Assembly (NCBI GenBank): GCA_963733675.1
Contig: CAVTET010000001.1
Coordinates: 672,001 to 736,000 of the forward strand
Direction of reading: 5' to 3'
Source of the DNA: an uncultured Methanosarcinaceae archaeon
GTDB taxonomy: Archaea; Halobacteriota; Methanosarcinia; Methanosarcinales; Methanosarcinaceae
DNA: 64,000 nt
The position numbers and the translations under genes are program-made. Position 1 is the first letter of the stretch, and each line of letters begins with the position of its first letter. The notes below the pieces were generated by a model. The model saw only the letters and a list, made by a program, of their open reading frames with translations. It did not search any database and was not told the DNA's origin. Below, one piece after another: positions 34,908 through 44,186 of the stretch.

Positions 34908-35576
34908 TTATTTTATCAATCCTTTCTGGACATACCAATCATAATCATGAGCAAAACGCTACTTATTGAATTTTGCCAGCTGGCAAAAATATTCTGTTCG
35001 CTGACGATGTATTTCATCCTGGTCGGTATATTTGATTTTTCCGCAGATTGACTTTACCAGCTTCTTCCCAAGATCTTGCGCAGGCCCAATATAATTCTCA
35101 AGTGCAGAGAGGGCTCTCCCGATTATAAATCCAATGCTTCCAACAAAGGTAATGCCAAGATTTATGAGAACTCCATTCATATATTTCAAGATTTCATCGT
35201 CACCGCTTCCACCAGCTGTGCACACCGAGTACCTAAATTTTCCAGTCAGCATCCGGCAGTGAATTGCATCTGAAAGTCTATCTAAAAGGGCTTTCATTGG
35301 AGCCGGAACAGAGTTAATACAGTTAGGAGCACCAAGAACAACTCCATCAGCGTTCATAATTTTTCCAAATATCTCCATAAAATCATCAAATAAAGAACAT
35401 TCACCTGTAGCATAACAGGCTCCGCATCCAGTACAATATTCGATATTTAGCTTATAGAGATCTATAATCTCAGTTTCTGCCCCTTCAGATTAAGCACCTT
35501 TGATGACAGAATTTGCCAGTTTTGAGGTGTTACTTGCATTGCCCTATGGACTTGCATTGATTCCAATGATTTTCAT
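34908..35576 (-). pseudogene. Iron-sulfur flavoprotein pseudogene
   Basis: MKIIGINASP*GNASNT...GA*SEG...CTGCGACYATGEC; three in-frame stops. Confidence 0.85.
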
Positions 35577-35748
35577 TTAGCTTCCGCGATGAAATATTTC
35601 AAAATAAAGAGAATTCCGATTTACCTCTGATTTTCAATAGTTATTTATATACAATTTATATGCATTTCACTAAATTGAAGAGTTGATTGAAATCCTCTCT
35701 ACACCAATTGATTTAAGAATTAAAAAATGTACTTGAGTTGATATATAT

Positions 35749-36705
35749 ATGCAAGCAATTGAAGTATCTCATCTTACCAAAAAATTCGGATCTCTCACCG
35801 CGGTCAATGATATTAGTTTCTCAGTTGGTGAAGGAGAAACCTTTGGGTTTTTGGGTCCCAATGGTGCCGGTAAAACTACTACAATTCGTATTTTGACCGG
35901 AGTATCAAGACCAACTTCTGGAACAGCAACCATTTTTGGCTATGATATTGAGCATGATACCATTAATGCAAGGCAATCCATGGGCATCGTATCCGAAAAT
36001 TCCAACGTTTACGATGATCTGACTGCATGGCAGAACTTGATGTTCTCCGCGGAACTCTATCATGTGGGACGAAATGAGAGAGAGAAAAAGGCTACCGAAT
36101 TGCTCAAGAAGTTCGAGTTATACGAACGTCTCAGTGATAAAGCGCACGGTTTTTCAAAGGGAATGAAAAGACGTCTGACCCTTGCAATGGGGCTTGTCAA
36201 CAGCCCACGTCTGCTGTTCCTGGATGAACCAACCTCAGGGCTCGATGTACAGAGTAACCTCATCATTCGTGAAGTGGTATCGGACCTCATTCTCAATGGA
36301 GTCACTGTCTTTTTAACAACGCACAATATTGAAGAGGCAAATGTCATGTGTGATCGAGTAGCTATCATCAATAAAGGGAATATCATTGCAATCGATGCAC
36401 CGGAATCTCTGAAAAAGACGTTTAAAGGTTCACAGTCGATTGAGGTATCTTTTGACCATAATTCCGTAGATCACCTGGACGAACTCAGCAGTCTCTCAAT
36501 GGTGAATGACGCACAAAAGGCAGGTGACAAGTTTAAGCTCTATACTGAAGATCCAGCTGAAGTTATTGATGCCTTAGTAGCCTATGCTCACGCGCATAAT
36601 CTTAAAATAATCAGTATTACTACTCTTGGCCCTAGCCTCGAGGATGTATTTGTAAAGTTGACTGGTCTGCAGCGGGCAGGTGATGGAATCCATGCAATCG
36701 ATTAA
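35749..36705 (+). CDS. ABC exporter ATP-binding protein (DrrA-like)
   Basis: GPNGAGKTT, FSKGMKRR, LLFLDEPTSGLD, C-terminal SLEDVFVKLTG. Confidence 0.92.
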   Translation: MQAIEVSHLTKKFGSLTAVNDISFSVGEGETFGFLGPNGAGKTTTIRILTGVSRPTSGTATIFGYDIEHDTINARQSMGIVSENSNVYDDLTAWQNLMFSAELYHVGRNEREKKATELLKKFELYERLSDKAHGFSKGMKRRLTLAMGLVNSPRLLFLDEPTSGLDVQSNLIIREVVSDLILNGVTVFLTTHNIEEANVMCDRVAIINKGNIIAIDAPESLKKTFKGSQSIEVSFDHNSVDHLDELSSLSMVNDAQKAGDKFKLYTEDPAEVIDALVAYAHAHNLKIISITTLGPSLEDVFVKLTGLQRAGDGIHAID

Positions 36706-37459
36706 TCATGCGAGATTGGTAAAACATCTTTTCTGTCAGATATCTGCTGCGTGGGCAATCGCCAAAAAAGACATGAGGATCTATTACCTCAAGCCAAATA
36801 TCATCGTTTCCGGCATCTTTTTCCCGCTTTTTATGTTCCTAGCCTTTGCCATTGGAAAGAACACCCCTCCAGGCACCCTAATCCCGGGATTGATCTCGAT
36901 TACTCTCCTGTTTTCGGCTTCATCAATAGAACCGGTTTCAATACCTATAGAAAGACGTGTTAAAACTTTCGAACGTTTGCTCTCAGCACCTATTTCGCTG
37001 TATTCGCTGGTATCGGGTGAGAGCCTGAGTGGATTTTTTTATAGTCTCGGCATCGCATGTCTTCCCCTTGTCATTGGCGTGATCATCTTCAATACAACTA
37101 TTGTAAATGCAACTGTCCTTGTGATTGCTATGATCCTCACAGCATTCTGTTTTGCCACGCTTGGGACACTGTTTGCTGCATACCCTACAGAAAATGTGGG
37201 TGAGGTCATGTCTATGCTTAATACAGTAAGGCTACCGCTCATCTTTATATCTGGTGTTTTTGTCCCGATATCTTCTATGCCTCAGATAGGCCAGAAAATC
37301 GCACTTATATCACCACTTACATATGGAAGTGATCTTATCGAGTATGCGTATACCGATAAATCGCTATTTCCACCTTTTATGGATATGGTGATGCTGTTGA
37401 TCTTTATCCTAATATTTCAGATAATAGCAAACTATCTTTATAAGACATTTAACGAATGA
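36692..37459 (+). CDS. ABC-2 type permease
   Basis: About six TM helices; ER..KTFERLLSAP, FISGVFVPI, SPLTY; overlaps the ATPase stop. Confidence 0.9.
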   Translation: MQSINHARLVKHLFCQISAAWAIAKKDMRIYYLKPNIIVSGIFFPLFMFLAFAIGKNTPPGTLIPGLISITLLFSASSIEPVSIPIERRVKTFERLLSAPISLYSLVSGESLSGFFYSLGIACLPLVIGVIIFNTTIVNATVLVIAMILTAFCFATLGTLFAAYPTENVGEVMSMLNTVRLPLIFISGVFVPISSMPQIGQKIALISPLTYGSDLIEYAYTDKSLFPPFMDMVMLLIFILIFQIIANYLYKTFNE

Positions 37460-37644
37460 GGGTTAAAAAACTTAACTGGTTAAGATATCAAACAGTTAAG
37501 AAAAACACTCTCATAGTGAAATACTATTTTTGCTAAAAATAATCTTATTTAGTAGAATTCATCCTAGACCTACATTGTTGTAACGAGGGCCTCTTTCATC
37601 ATGGACTCAAAAAGATATTTATATCCATTTGACATGGAGAATTT

Positions 37645-39072
37645 GTGAAACAGGAAAACGATTTCATAGTTTTTCATGGTAATCTACAGCAATTAATGGA
37701 AAAAGTGGAAACGGGAGAAATGATCCCCAAGCTTCAGGCTTCACACTCCCCAATGTGCAAATTTTTTACTGCGTATTACGTTATCAGTGGGATCCGTCAT
37801 GTAGTTCCCCTGGTCCACGGTCCGACCGGATGTCCGCTTTACATGTCGGATTTTGTCAGGACACGTGAATGCTGCGAGATCCGTGGAGTTCCACTAGAAC
37901 CCACAGCCTGCACCTCCCTTGATGAAAGCCACATCATCTACGGGGGTGAGGGAAAACTCCTGGAAGCAGTAAAGGAAGCATATACAAAGTATCACCCAGA
38001 TCTCATCGTCATCCTCTCTTGTTGCTGCTCTGGGATTATCGGTGATGACGTCGAAAGTATTGCTCGTGAGGCAGAGAAGTTGGTTGGTTGCAGGGTGCTA
38101 GCGCTCCGCAGCGAAGGGTTTGGTGGAGATTTCCGAAGCGGCTATGAGGACGCGTTCAAGCTCATCATGGAGTTGATGGAGCCCCCAAAAACGAAAATGA
38201 AAGGGACGATCAATATCCTCGGGGCCCGTTGGGGCCCTTCCCCCACAGAGTTCAACTGGGACATGGATGAGATAGAGCGACTTCTTGGTGAAATTAGAAT
38301 AAAGATAAATGCCATCATCGCGGGAGGGTGCACCGTCGAGCAGATTAAGCATGCTCGGGAGGTCGAACTTAATGCTTCATGGTGCTTTGACTGGGGGCAG
38401 AAGCTGGGCGATCTGATGCAAGAAAGATTCGGAATCCCTTACAGCCGTACCGGGCAACCCTATGGCCCTGAGGCCACAAAGGAATGGCTGCTCGGCGTGG
38501 CAACACCTCTTGGTATGGAGACAATGGCTATTAAAGTGATCGAACGAGAGCTACAGGAAGTAGAACCGGAAATAGCATATCTAAGGCAAGCTCTCTCCGG
38601 AAAAACGGCTATTGTAGAGATATCGGAATTCCCCGGGCCGATACGAGCGCTTTCGATTGCAAGGATGGCAGCAGAGTTTGGTGCACATCCTGTCGTCATC
38701 AACGTTCATCCATATACGATCAAGGAGCGTATGCCCAGCATCAAGTTTCTCCTGGAAACCGGAGTTAACCCGGAGATTATCCTGACAAAAGGACTCTTTC
38801 GGCTAGGGAGCTTTCGGTCATCCAAAGAGACAGAAGACGAGCTAGAGTCAATTGTTAAGGAATATGATAACCCTATTTTCTTCGGAAACTCAGGCCGGTT
38901 TCCTCCCTGTCCAGTGGTGAACTTAACACTCATGAACCCGTCGTTTCAGCCCCAGTACGGCTTCCGGGGGATTAGGAATATCGCCGCTCTGGTCAGACAG
39001 GCACTTGAGAACAAAGATCTACCACGTTCGCGATTATTTAAGGGGATGCTCTATGGAACAAGGAAATTTTAA
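37645..39072 (+). CDS. Nitrogenase component-1-like alpha subunit (NifD/NifE-like)
   Basis: PMCKF, VHGPTGC, IIYGGEGKL, SCCCSGIIGDD, SEGF, LNASWC, PQYGFRG. Confidence 0.9.
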   Translation: MKQENDFIVFHGNLQQLMEKVETGEMIPKLQASHSPMCKFFTAYYVISGIRHVVPLVHGPTGCPLYMSDFVRTRECCEIRGVPLEPTACTSLDESHIIYGGEGKLLEAVKEAYTKYHPDLIVILSCCCSGIIGDDVESIAREAEKLVGCRVLALRSEGFGGDFRSGYEDAFKLIMELMEPPKTKMKGTINILGARWGPSPTEFNWDMDEIERLLGEIRIKINAIIAGGCTVEQIKHAREVELNASWCFDWGQKLGDLMQERFGIPYSRTGQPYGPEATKEWLLGVATPLGMETMAIKVIERELQEVEPEIAYLRQALSGKTAIVEISEFPGPIRALSIARMAAEFGAHPVVINVHPYTIKERMPSIKFLLETGVNPEIILTKGLFRLGSFRSSKETEDELESIVKEYDNPIFFGNSGRFPPCPVVNLTLMNPSFQPQYGFRGIRNIAALVRQALENKDLPRSRLFKGMLYGTRKF

Positions 39073-40411
39073 GGAAACGGTTGGGCCATCAGAGTCTTCC
39101 TCGGAGACGTGCACTGACCCCTACCTTCGCTGTGCTTTCAACGGTGCCGCCCTGACGGCCCTTGGAGTCTCTCGTTCTGCTCTGCTTGCACATTCTCCAC
39201 AAGGATGCGAGTATCTCGTCAACAATGCCTTTGCTTCGCAGGAGTGTGATTATATGGAGACAATGACCCTCTGTACCAAGCTCTGCGTGGACGAGATCGT
39301 GTATGGTGGAGAGGACATCCTTACCCGCACAATTCGGAAGGTAAAAGATCTCACGATCTCTGCCCTTTTCGTGCTTAGTGCATGTGGTCCCGAAATTGTG
39401 GGCGACGATATTGTAGCAGTATGTGAGGCCCTGCAACCAGAAATGAAGTTCCGACTCGTTCCAATTGAATGTGCCGGGTTCCGAGGATCGCAATACGATG
39501 GCATCGACATCGCGCTGGATACGATCCTAAAAAAGCTGGTAAAAGACGACGTAGAGAAGGTACCCGATTCGGTCTGTCTTGTTGCTCCCCACGCCAATGC
39601 CAACCCGACATGGCCGGCAGACCTTACATGGGTGAAACAGATTCTTTCTAGGATGGGCATTAAGGTTGTAGCCACGCTCACACACCAGACTCCGATTTCT
39701 GAAATCGAAAACATCGCATCTGCTGAGACCTCCCTCCTGCTGAGCCACGATGCTGGGCAGAAAGCAGCAGATTACCTTTTAACTGAGTATGGCATCGAGC
39801 AGATATGTCAAGGGATACCCCTTCCAATAGGGATGACAAACACGCAACATTGGTTGACCGTGCTGGGTGAGCGATTCGATGTGCTGAAAAGGGTGGAGGA
39901 GATAGTTGCAGAAGGCGAACGGATGGTGATGGCAACGTGCCGGCGCAAGTGGCCGATGGCGAGGTTCCTGTATAGGACTCCGACAGCGATTGTTGCCGAT
40001 GCAACGGTCGGAATCCCTCTAGTCCGGTTTGTTACCGAGGAGATGGAGATGACCCCTGAGCTCGTTGCCTTGTACACCTCACAGAGACCTACGCGGGAAC
40101 TGCTGGAGCGGGAACTCCAGAGCCTTGGTCTCAATCCGAAGATCATTTACGGAACAGACGTGTATAAAACACGGAAGAGTATTCGGGAGGTCAGGCCACG
40201 GGTTGTGTTCGGTAGCACCATCGAAAGGCATGCAAGCGAGGGACTTTCCGTGGCCTATGTTATTGAGATCGTTAGGACGATTCGCCAGTTTAGGATGATC
40301 AATCGGGAATACTTCGGATATACAGGCATATTGAACCTGTTCGAGTGTATTCAAAATGAGTGGACTATGGGATGGCGTTCAAAAGAAAGGAGATATGAAG
40401 CAAGGTGGTGA
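39053..40411 (+). CDS. Nitrogenase component-1-like beta subunit (NifK/NifN-like)
   Basis: LRCAFNGA, HSPQGC, IVYGGE, SACGPEIVGDD, LPIGMTNT, YFGYTG; overlaps the end of the alpha gene. Confidence 0.9.
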   Translation: MEQGNFKETVGPSESSSETCTDPYLRCAFNGAALTALGVSRSALLAHSPQGCEYLVNNAFASQECDYMETMTLCTKLCVDEIVYGGEDILTRTIRKVKDLTISALFVLSACGPEIVGDDIVAVCEALQPEMKFRLVPIECAGFRGSQYDGIDIALDTILKKLVKDDVEKVPDSVCLVAPHANANPTWPADLTWVKQILSRMGIKVVATLTHQTPISEIENIASAETSLLLSHDAGQKAADYLLTEYGIEQICQGIPLPIGMTNTQHWLTVLGERFDVLKRVEEIVAEGERMVMATCRRKWPMARFLYRTPTAIVADATVGIPLVRFVTEEMEMTPELVALYTSQRPTRELLERELQSLGLNPKIIYGTDVYKTRKSIREVRPRVVFGSTIERHASEGLSVAYVIEIVRTIRQFRMINREYFGYTGILNLFECIQNEWTMGWRSKERRYEARW

Positions 40412-40417
40412 AGGAAT

Positions 40418-41263
40418 ATGAGACAGATCGCTATCTATGGCAAAGGTGGAATAGGGAAGAGCACGATAGCTTCAAACCTGTCTGCCGCATTAAATACGAT
40501 GGGGCACATGGTAATGCAGGTTGGCTGTGATCCAAAGAGGGATTCGACAAGAATCCTTGCAGAGGGGAAGTTTATTCCCGCAGTACTGGAAGAACACCGA
40601 GAACAGCTTAGGTTAGGAAAAGATGAATATGCGATAAATCTCGACAATCTGGTCTTCAGATCACCCAGTGGGATTTACCTTGTCGAGGCGGGAGGACCGG
40701 AACCTGGTATTGGGTGTGCTGGTAGAGGCGTGCTGACAGCTCTGCAAATCCTAAAAGACCTCAAGGCTTTTTCTACCTACAACATTGACATAGCAATCTA
40801 TGATGTCCTCGGAGATGTCGTATGCGGTGGATTCTCGATGCCTATACGTGAAGGATTTGCGGAAGAAATCTATCTCATCTGTTCTGGCGGCTTCATGAGT
40901 ATCTATGCGGCAAATAACATCGCTAGGGCTGTGCAACGCCTAGCAAAAAGGGGGGATACCGGCCTGGCAGGGATTATCTGCAACAGCAATGGAAATGAAG
41001 CATTTGAGCATGCAGTCATCCCGGCTTTTGCAAAAAAGCTGGGAACCCCTTTTGTCCAATTTGTCCCCAGGAGTCCCGTGATCCAGGCATGTGAACTGGA
41101 AGGTAGACCTGTAGTGGAGTACGCCCCCGATTCACTGGAAGCGGAAATATTTCGGAAACTTGCAAAAGCGATAATGGAAAATGATTCACGTGTGATCCCA
41201 ACGCCAGTAAGCGACCTTCCAGAGCTTGAAATGATGTATCGTCAGCATCTGGTGAAGATATAA
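40418..41263 (+). CDS. Nitrogenase iron-protein-like reductase (NifH family)
   Basis: YGKGGIGKST, GCDPKRDST, GGPEPGIGCAGRG, DVLGDVVCGGF. Confidence 0.95.
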   Translation: MRQIAIYGKGGIGKSTIASNLSAALNTMGHMVMQVGCDPKRDSTRILAEGKFIPAVLEEHREQLRLGKDEYAINLDNLVFRSPSGIYLVEAGGPEPGIGCAGRGVLTALQILKDLKAFSTYNIDIAIYDVLGDVVCGGFSMPIREGFAEEIYLICSGGFMSIYAANNIARAVQRLAKRGDTGLAGIICNSNGNEAFEHAVIPAFAKKLGTPFVQFVPRSPVIQACELEGRPVVEYAPDSLEAEIFRKLAKAIMENDSRVIPTPVSDLPELEMMYRQHLVKI

Positions 41264-41302
41264 GAAATCAAGATATCAGATCATTTCACGGGTGTATTAT
41301 GC

Positions 41303-41935
41303 ATGAAATACGTCGATATCGACAGGATTTACCAGACAGTACCGCTTGATAAAATTCCCTGGAATAGTGAAGCACCCCCAGATAAGCTTGTTGAGCTGGT
41401 GCAAAGTGGAAAAGTCCGACCCTGCAAGACCATTGATCTCGGTTGTGGCGCTGGTAACTATGCAATATACCTGGCAGAGCGGGGATTTGAGGTAATAGGT
41501 GTCGATAGTTCACCCACTGTAATAAAGATCGCTACTGAAAATGCACAAAAACGAGGAGTCAGGTGCAATTTTATTGTCGCTGATCTTCTAGGTGACCTGC
41601 ATGAAGTTAAAGAGACATTTGATTTTGGCTACGACTGGGATTTTTTGCACCATATATTTCCAGAAGACCGGGGAAAATATGTAAAAAATGTGTATAATAT
41701 TCTGAAACCAGGAGCACAGTACTTATCAGTCTGTTTTTCTGAGAAGGATCCACAGTTTGACGGCATGGGTAAATACCGGAAAACCCCTATAGGAACAATA
41801 CTGTATTTCTCTTCGGAATCCGAAATACATGATCTTTTTTCACCTTATTTTGACATACAAGAACTGAAAACGATAGAAATCAAAACTAAATCTGTGTCAC
41901 ATTATGCAATTTATGTATTGTCTGAACGACGCTGA
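41303..41935 (+). CDS. Class I SAM-dependent methyltransferase (TPMT/thiol-methyltransferase-like)
   Basis: IPWN motif before DLGCGAG; GFEVIGVD; YD..FLHH. Confidence 0.88.
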   Translation: MKYVDIDRIYQTVPLDKIPWNSEAPPDKLVELVQSGKVRPCKTIDLGCGAGNYAIYLAERGFEVIGVDSSPTVIKIATENAQKRGVRCNFIVADLLGDLHEVKETFDFGYDWDFLHHIFPEDRGKYVKNVYNILKPGAQYLSVCFSEKDPQFDGMGKYRKTPIGTILYFSSESEIHDLFSPYFDIQELKTIEIKTKSVSHYAIYVLSERR

Positions 41936-41993
41936 GTATTAAATAAGAGTTGTATTTCTGAGACTTAGTCCAAAAATCCATTGATGAACGTAA

Positions 41994-42084
41994 AATTAAG
42001 CTTCACAGTTGGCAAAGGAGAAAAATTTGGGTTTTTGTATCCCAATGGTGCTAGCAAAACCACTATTATTTGTATGTTGACCGG
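41994..42084 (+). pseudogene. Degenerate 5' fragment of a second ABC ATPase
   Basis: SFTVGKGEKFGFLYPNGASKTTIICMLTG parallels SFSVGEGETFGFLGPNGAGKTTTIRILTG at about 35815-35901. Confidence 0.75.
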
Positions 42085-42700
42085 GAGAGCTATGGTTGCC
42101 TAGGTGCCTGTGTAGAGCTGGGCTTTGGCGATGCATTATGGGAAGGTGTTAAATTCATGTCAACATTCTTTGTGAGGATGCAGAAAGCAGCGAGAACCCG
42201 GAAGCTTATTGTACAACTGTACAGCGCGAGAGCTAAAGCTCCTCACAGTGAACGCCTTCACAGAAACGCGGATAAAGCAAAGCGGTTCATGAACGTGTAC
42301 CTACTAATCACAAACATTGCTGAAAAATAAGTGATCTTCTCACCCTTAAGCAAAGTGAAACCCTCTGAAAGCACGCTTTTTGTGATGTTTGCTACAGACC
42401 CAATGCAGATCATCACGCTCGTCAAGCTGGTTGAAGCTATCCACGAAGGTACCGATCCAGTGTGGGTCCCAGCCAATGTGAGCCTGCCAGCAGATAAGGG
42501 TATTCGTGTATGAGGAGGCAATGAAGGAGCATCTGCAGGAAGTACTTGAGTACACGGACCTTGCCGCACTGGGGAACGTTAGAAAGACCAGCACAGCGAA
42601 CATTTAACGTTCGCTGTGCCGTTCTCACTCTTAGAGAAGATGGAAGAGGAGTAAAAAGTTGGTGTTTCAATAGCCCGATTTGGGAAGGGCTCGCTCAGAG
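42085..42700 (+). pseudogene. DUF169-like pseudogene
   Basis: ESYGCLGA..LGFGD, VIFSPLSKV, DPMQIITLV, VPFSLLEKMEEE in broken frames. Confidence 0.6.
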
Positions 42701-42718
42701 CAATGAGGTGTAGTGATC

Positions 42719-43501
42719 ATGACATACACAGATTTCAAAGAAATCGGGGCAAAGCTGAAGGCAGCATTCAGGCTTTCGACACGCCCTCTTGCTGTATACG
42801 GATCTGAAGTCCTACCAGCGAGCATTCCACCGATGACCAGAGTTAACCGGTGTTTTGCTGTCTCGATGTATCGGATGGCCACAGTAAACGAGATATCAGC
42901 GATCTATGTAAGTGCCGACATCAGTGAAGACTGCTGCCTCGGTGGGCTCTATCATATGGGATATATTCCAATACCTGATGAAATCAAGTATTTTGTATCG
43001 ACCGGCAGGAAAGATGTTCGTGGCGGGGCAGCAGAATACCTGAAAGCAGATCCGGAGCTGGTAGAGCGCTGCATGTTGTTGGCTGGACCGATACATCCAC
43101 CGGGAAAATATCTTATCGTTCAGGCATGTGAAACCCTTCCAGATCCTGGGCCTGCCATCAGATCCCTGTGTTGCTTTGGTACAGCCGAGCAAATACGTAA
43201 TATTGCGGCACTCATTCACTTCGATCGGGACGACCCATTTTCACCTGTGATCGTTCCCTGGGGATCAGCCTGTTCTACATATATCACATTCCCGGCTGGC
43301 CTTGCTGACAAAACACCGCTTGATACCGCATTCATGGGCCCGCAGGATCCCACACAGAACCATTCCCTGCCTCCAGAAATGATGGCGATAGGTATTCCTG
43401 TTGATATGGCCGAAAGAATGGAAAAAAATCTCGACGCTTCGTTTATCATTCGGAGACCGCAAGTGGCATTTCCCAATCATGAGAAGCAATTGAAACAGTA
43501 G
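42719..43501 (+). CDS. DUF169 family protein
   Basis: LSTRPLAVY, RCFA, CCLGG..HMGY, AEQIRNIAAL, PWGSACS, EMMAIGIP; GAGGTG SD. Confidence 0.8.
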   Translation: MTYTDFKEIGAKLKAAFRLSTRPLAVYGSEVLPASIPPMTRVNRCFAVSMYRMATVNEISAIYVSADISEDCCLGGLYHMGYIPIPDEIKYFVSTGRKDVRGGAAEYLKADPELVERCMLLAGPIHPPGKYLIVQACETLPDPGPAIRSLCCFGTAEQIRNIAALIHFDRDDPFSPVIVPWGSACSTYITFPAGLADKTPLDTAFMGPQDPTQNHSLPPEMMAIGIPVDMAERMEKNLDASFIIRRPQVAFPNHEKQLKQ

Positions 43502-43810
43502 ACTACCGGAAACAAGGGAAGACAAAGCGAAATAACATTTTAATTGAATTACAGTGCAATGGTTTTGCCCCTCATACGCAGGAGTCACATACCAGATTCC
43601 AGCTTCAGCCCTTGCGCCTTCAACTCAAGGCCAATATTCAAACCAAGATCCAAACCAAAATCCACCTCAAATCTACTAAAAGTGTGGAATTGCATTAAAC
43701 AAAAAAAGTAGATATCAGTAATAATAATTCTTATATAATTAAGGCCGAATAAAAAGAAAAAAAATATTTGATCCAACCTTAAATTGTTAATTCAAATAAT
43801 ATTATCGATG

Positions 43811-43983
43811 TTTAATTTTCACTTAATTTTATCCTTCACGAGATCAATATAACAATTTTTTGGCTTTTGGACATAACATATATTTTAAAAAAACTGCGTA
43901 TATTCAGCACAATCCGGTTAAAATGTCCGATAATTCCGGCTGAAAAATGCAAATATACATAGGTTTTCACACAAAAAACTGTG
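43811..43983 (+). repeat. Family B repeat, copy 2
   Basis: TTAATTTTCACTTAATTTTATCCTTCACGAGAT ... CACAATCCGGTTAAAATGTCCGAT ... GGTTTTCACACAAAAAA. Confidence 0.75.
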
Positions 43984-44186
43984 CAAGCATACAGACAAAA
44001 AAATAGTTGTTTCTTAGTATTTTTAAAAACAAAAAAACATAAAAATTTGGATCGGGAAGAAAGCTACCTATAAATTAACTTTGAACTTCTCAAAAGCATA
44101 TCTGAGGAAGATCTATAGCCATCTTTCAGGTCATTCATATAAAATGTTAACCAATTGGAGAGACAGTTTATTACTTTGGCTATGAA

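Noticed and set aside
34908-35576. Pyrrolysine read-through of in-frame TAG codons in the Isf pseudogene (and in the PAS remnant at ~17.4 kb)
   Set aside because: The same frames also contain TAA/TGA stops or frameshifts, so this is ordinary decay.
37645-41263. Bona fide Mo/V/Fe nitrogenase, or CfbCD of F430 synthesis
   Set aside because: No His442/His195 equivalents, no nifI/EN/B/G, and D-K-H order; two distinct component-1 subunits and no cfbA/B/E neighbours argue against Cfb.
38098-43588. Many overlapping antisense and alternative-frame ORFs
   Set aside because: Expected shadows in GC-richer coding DNA; no motifs or SD support.
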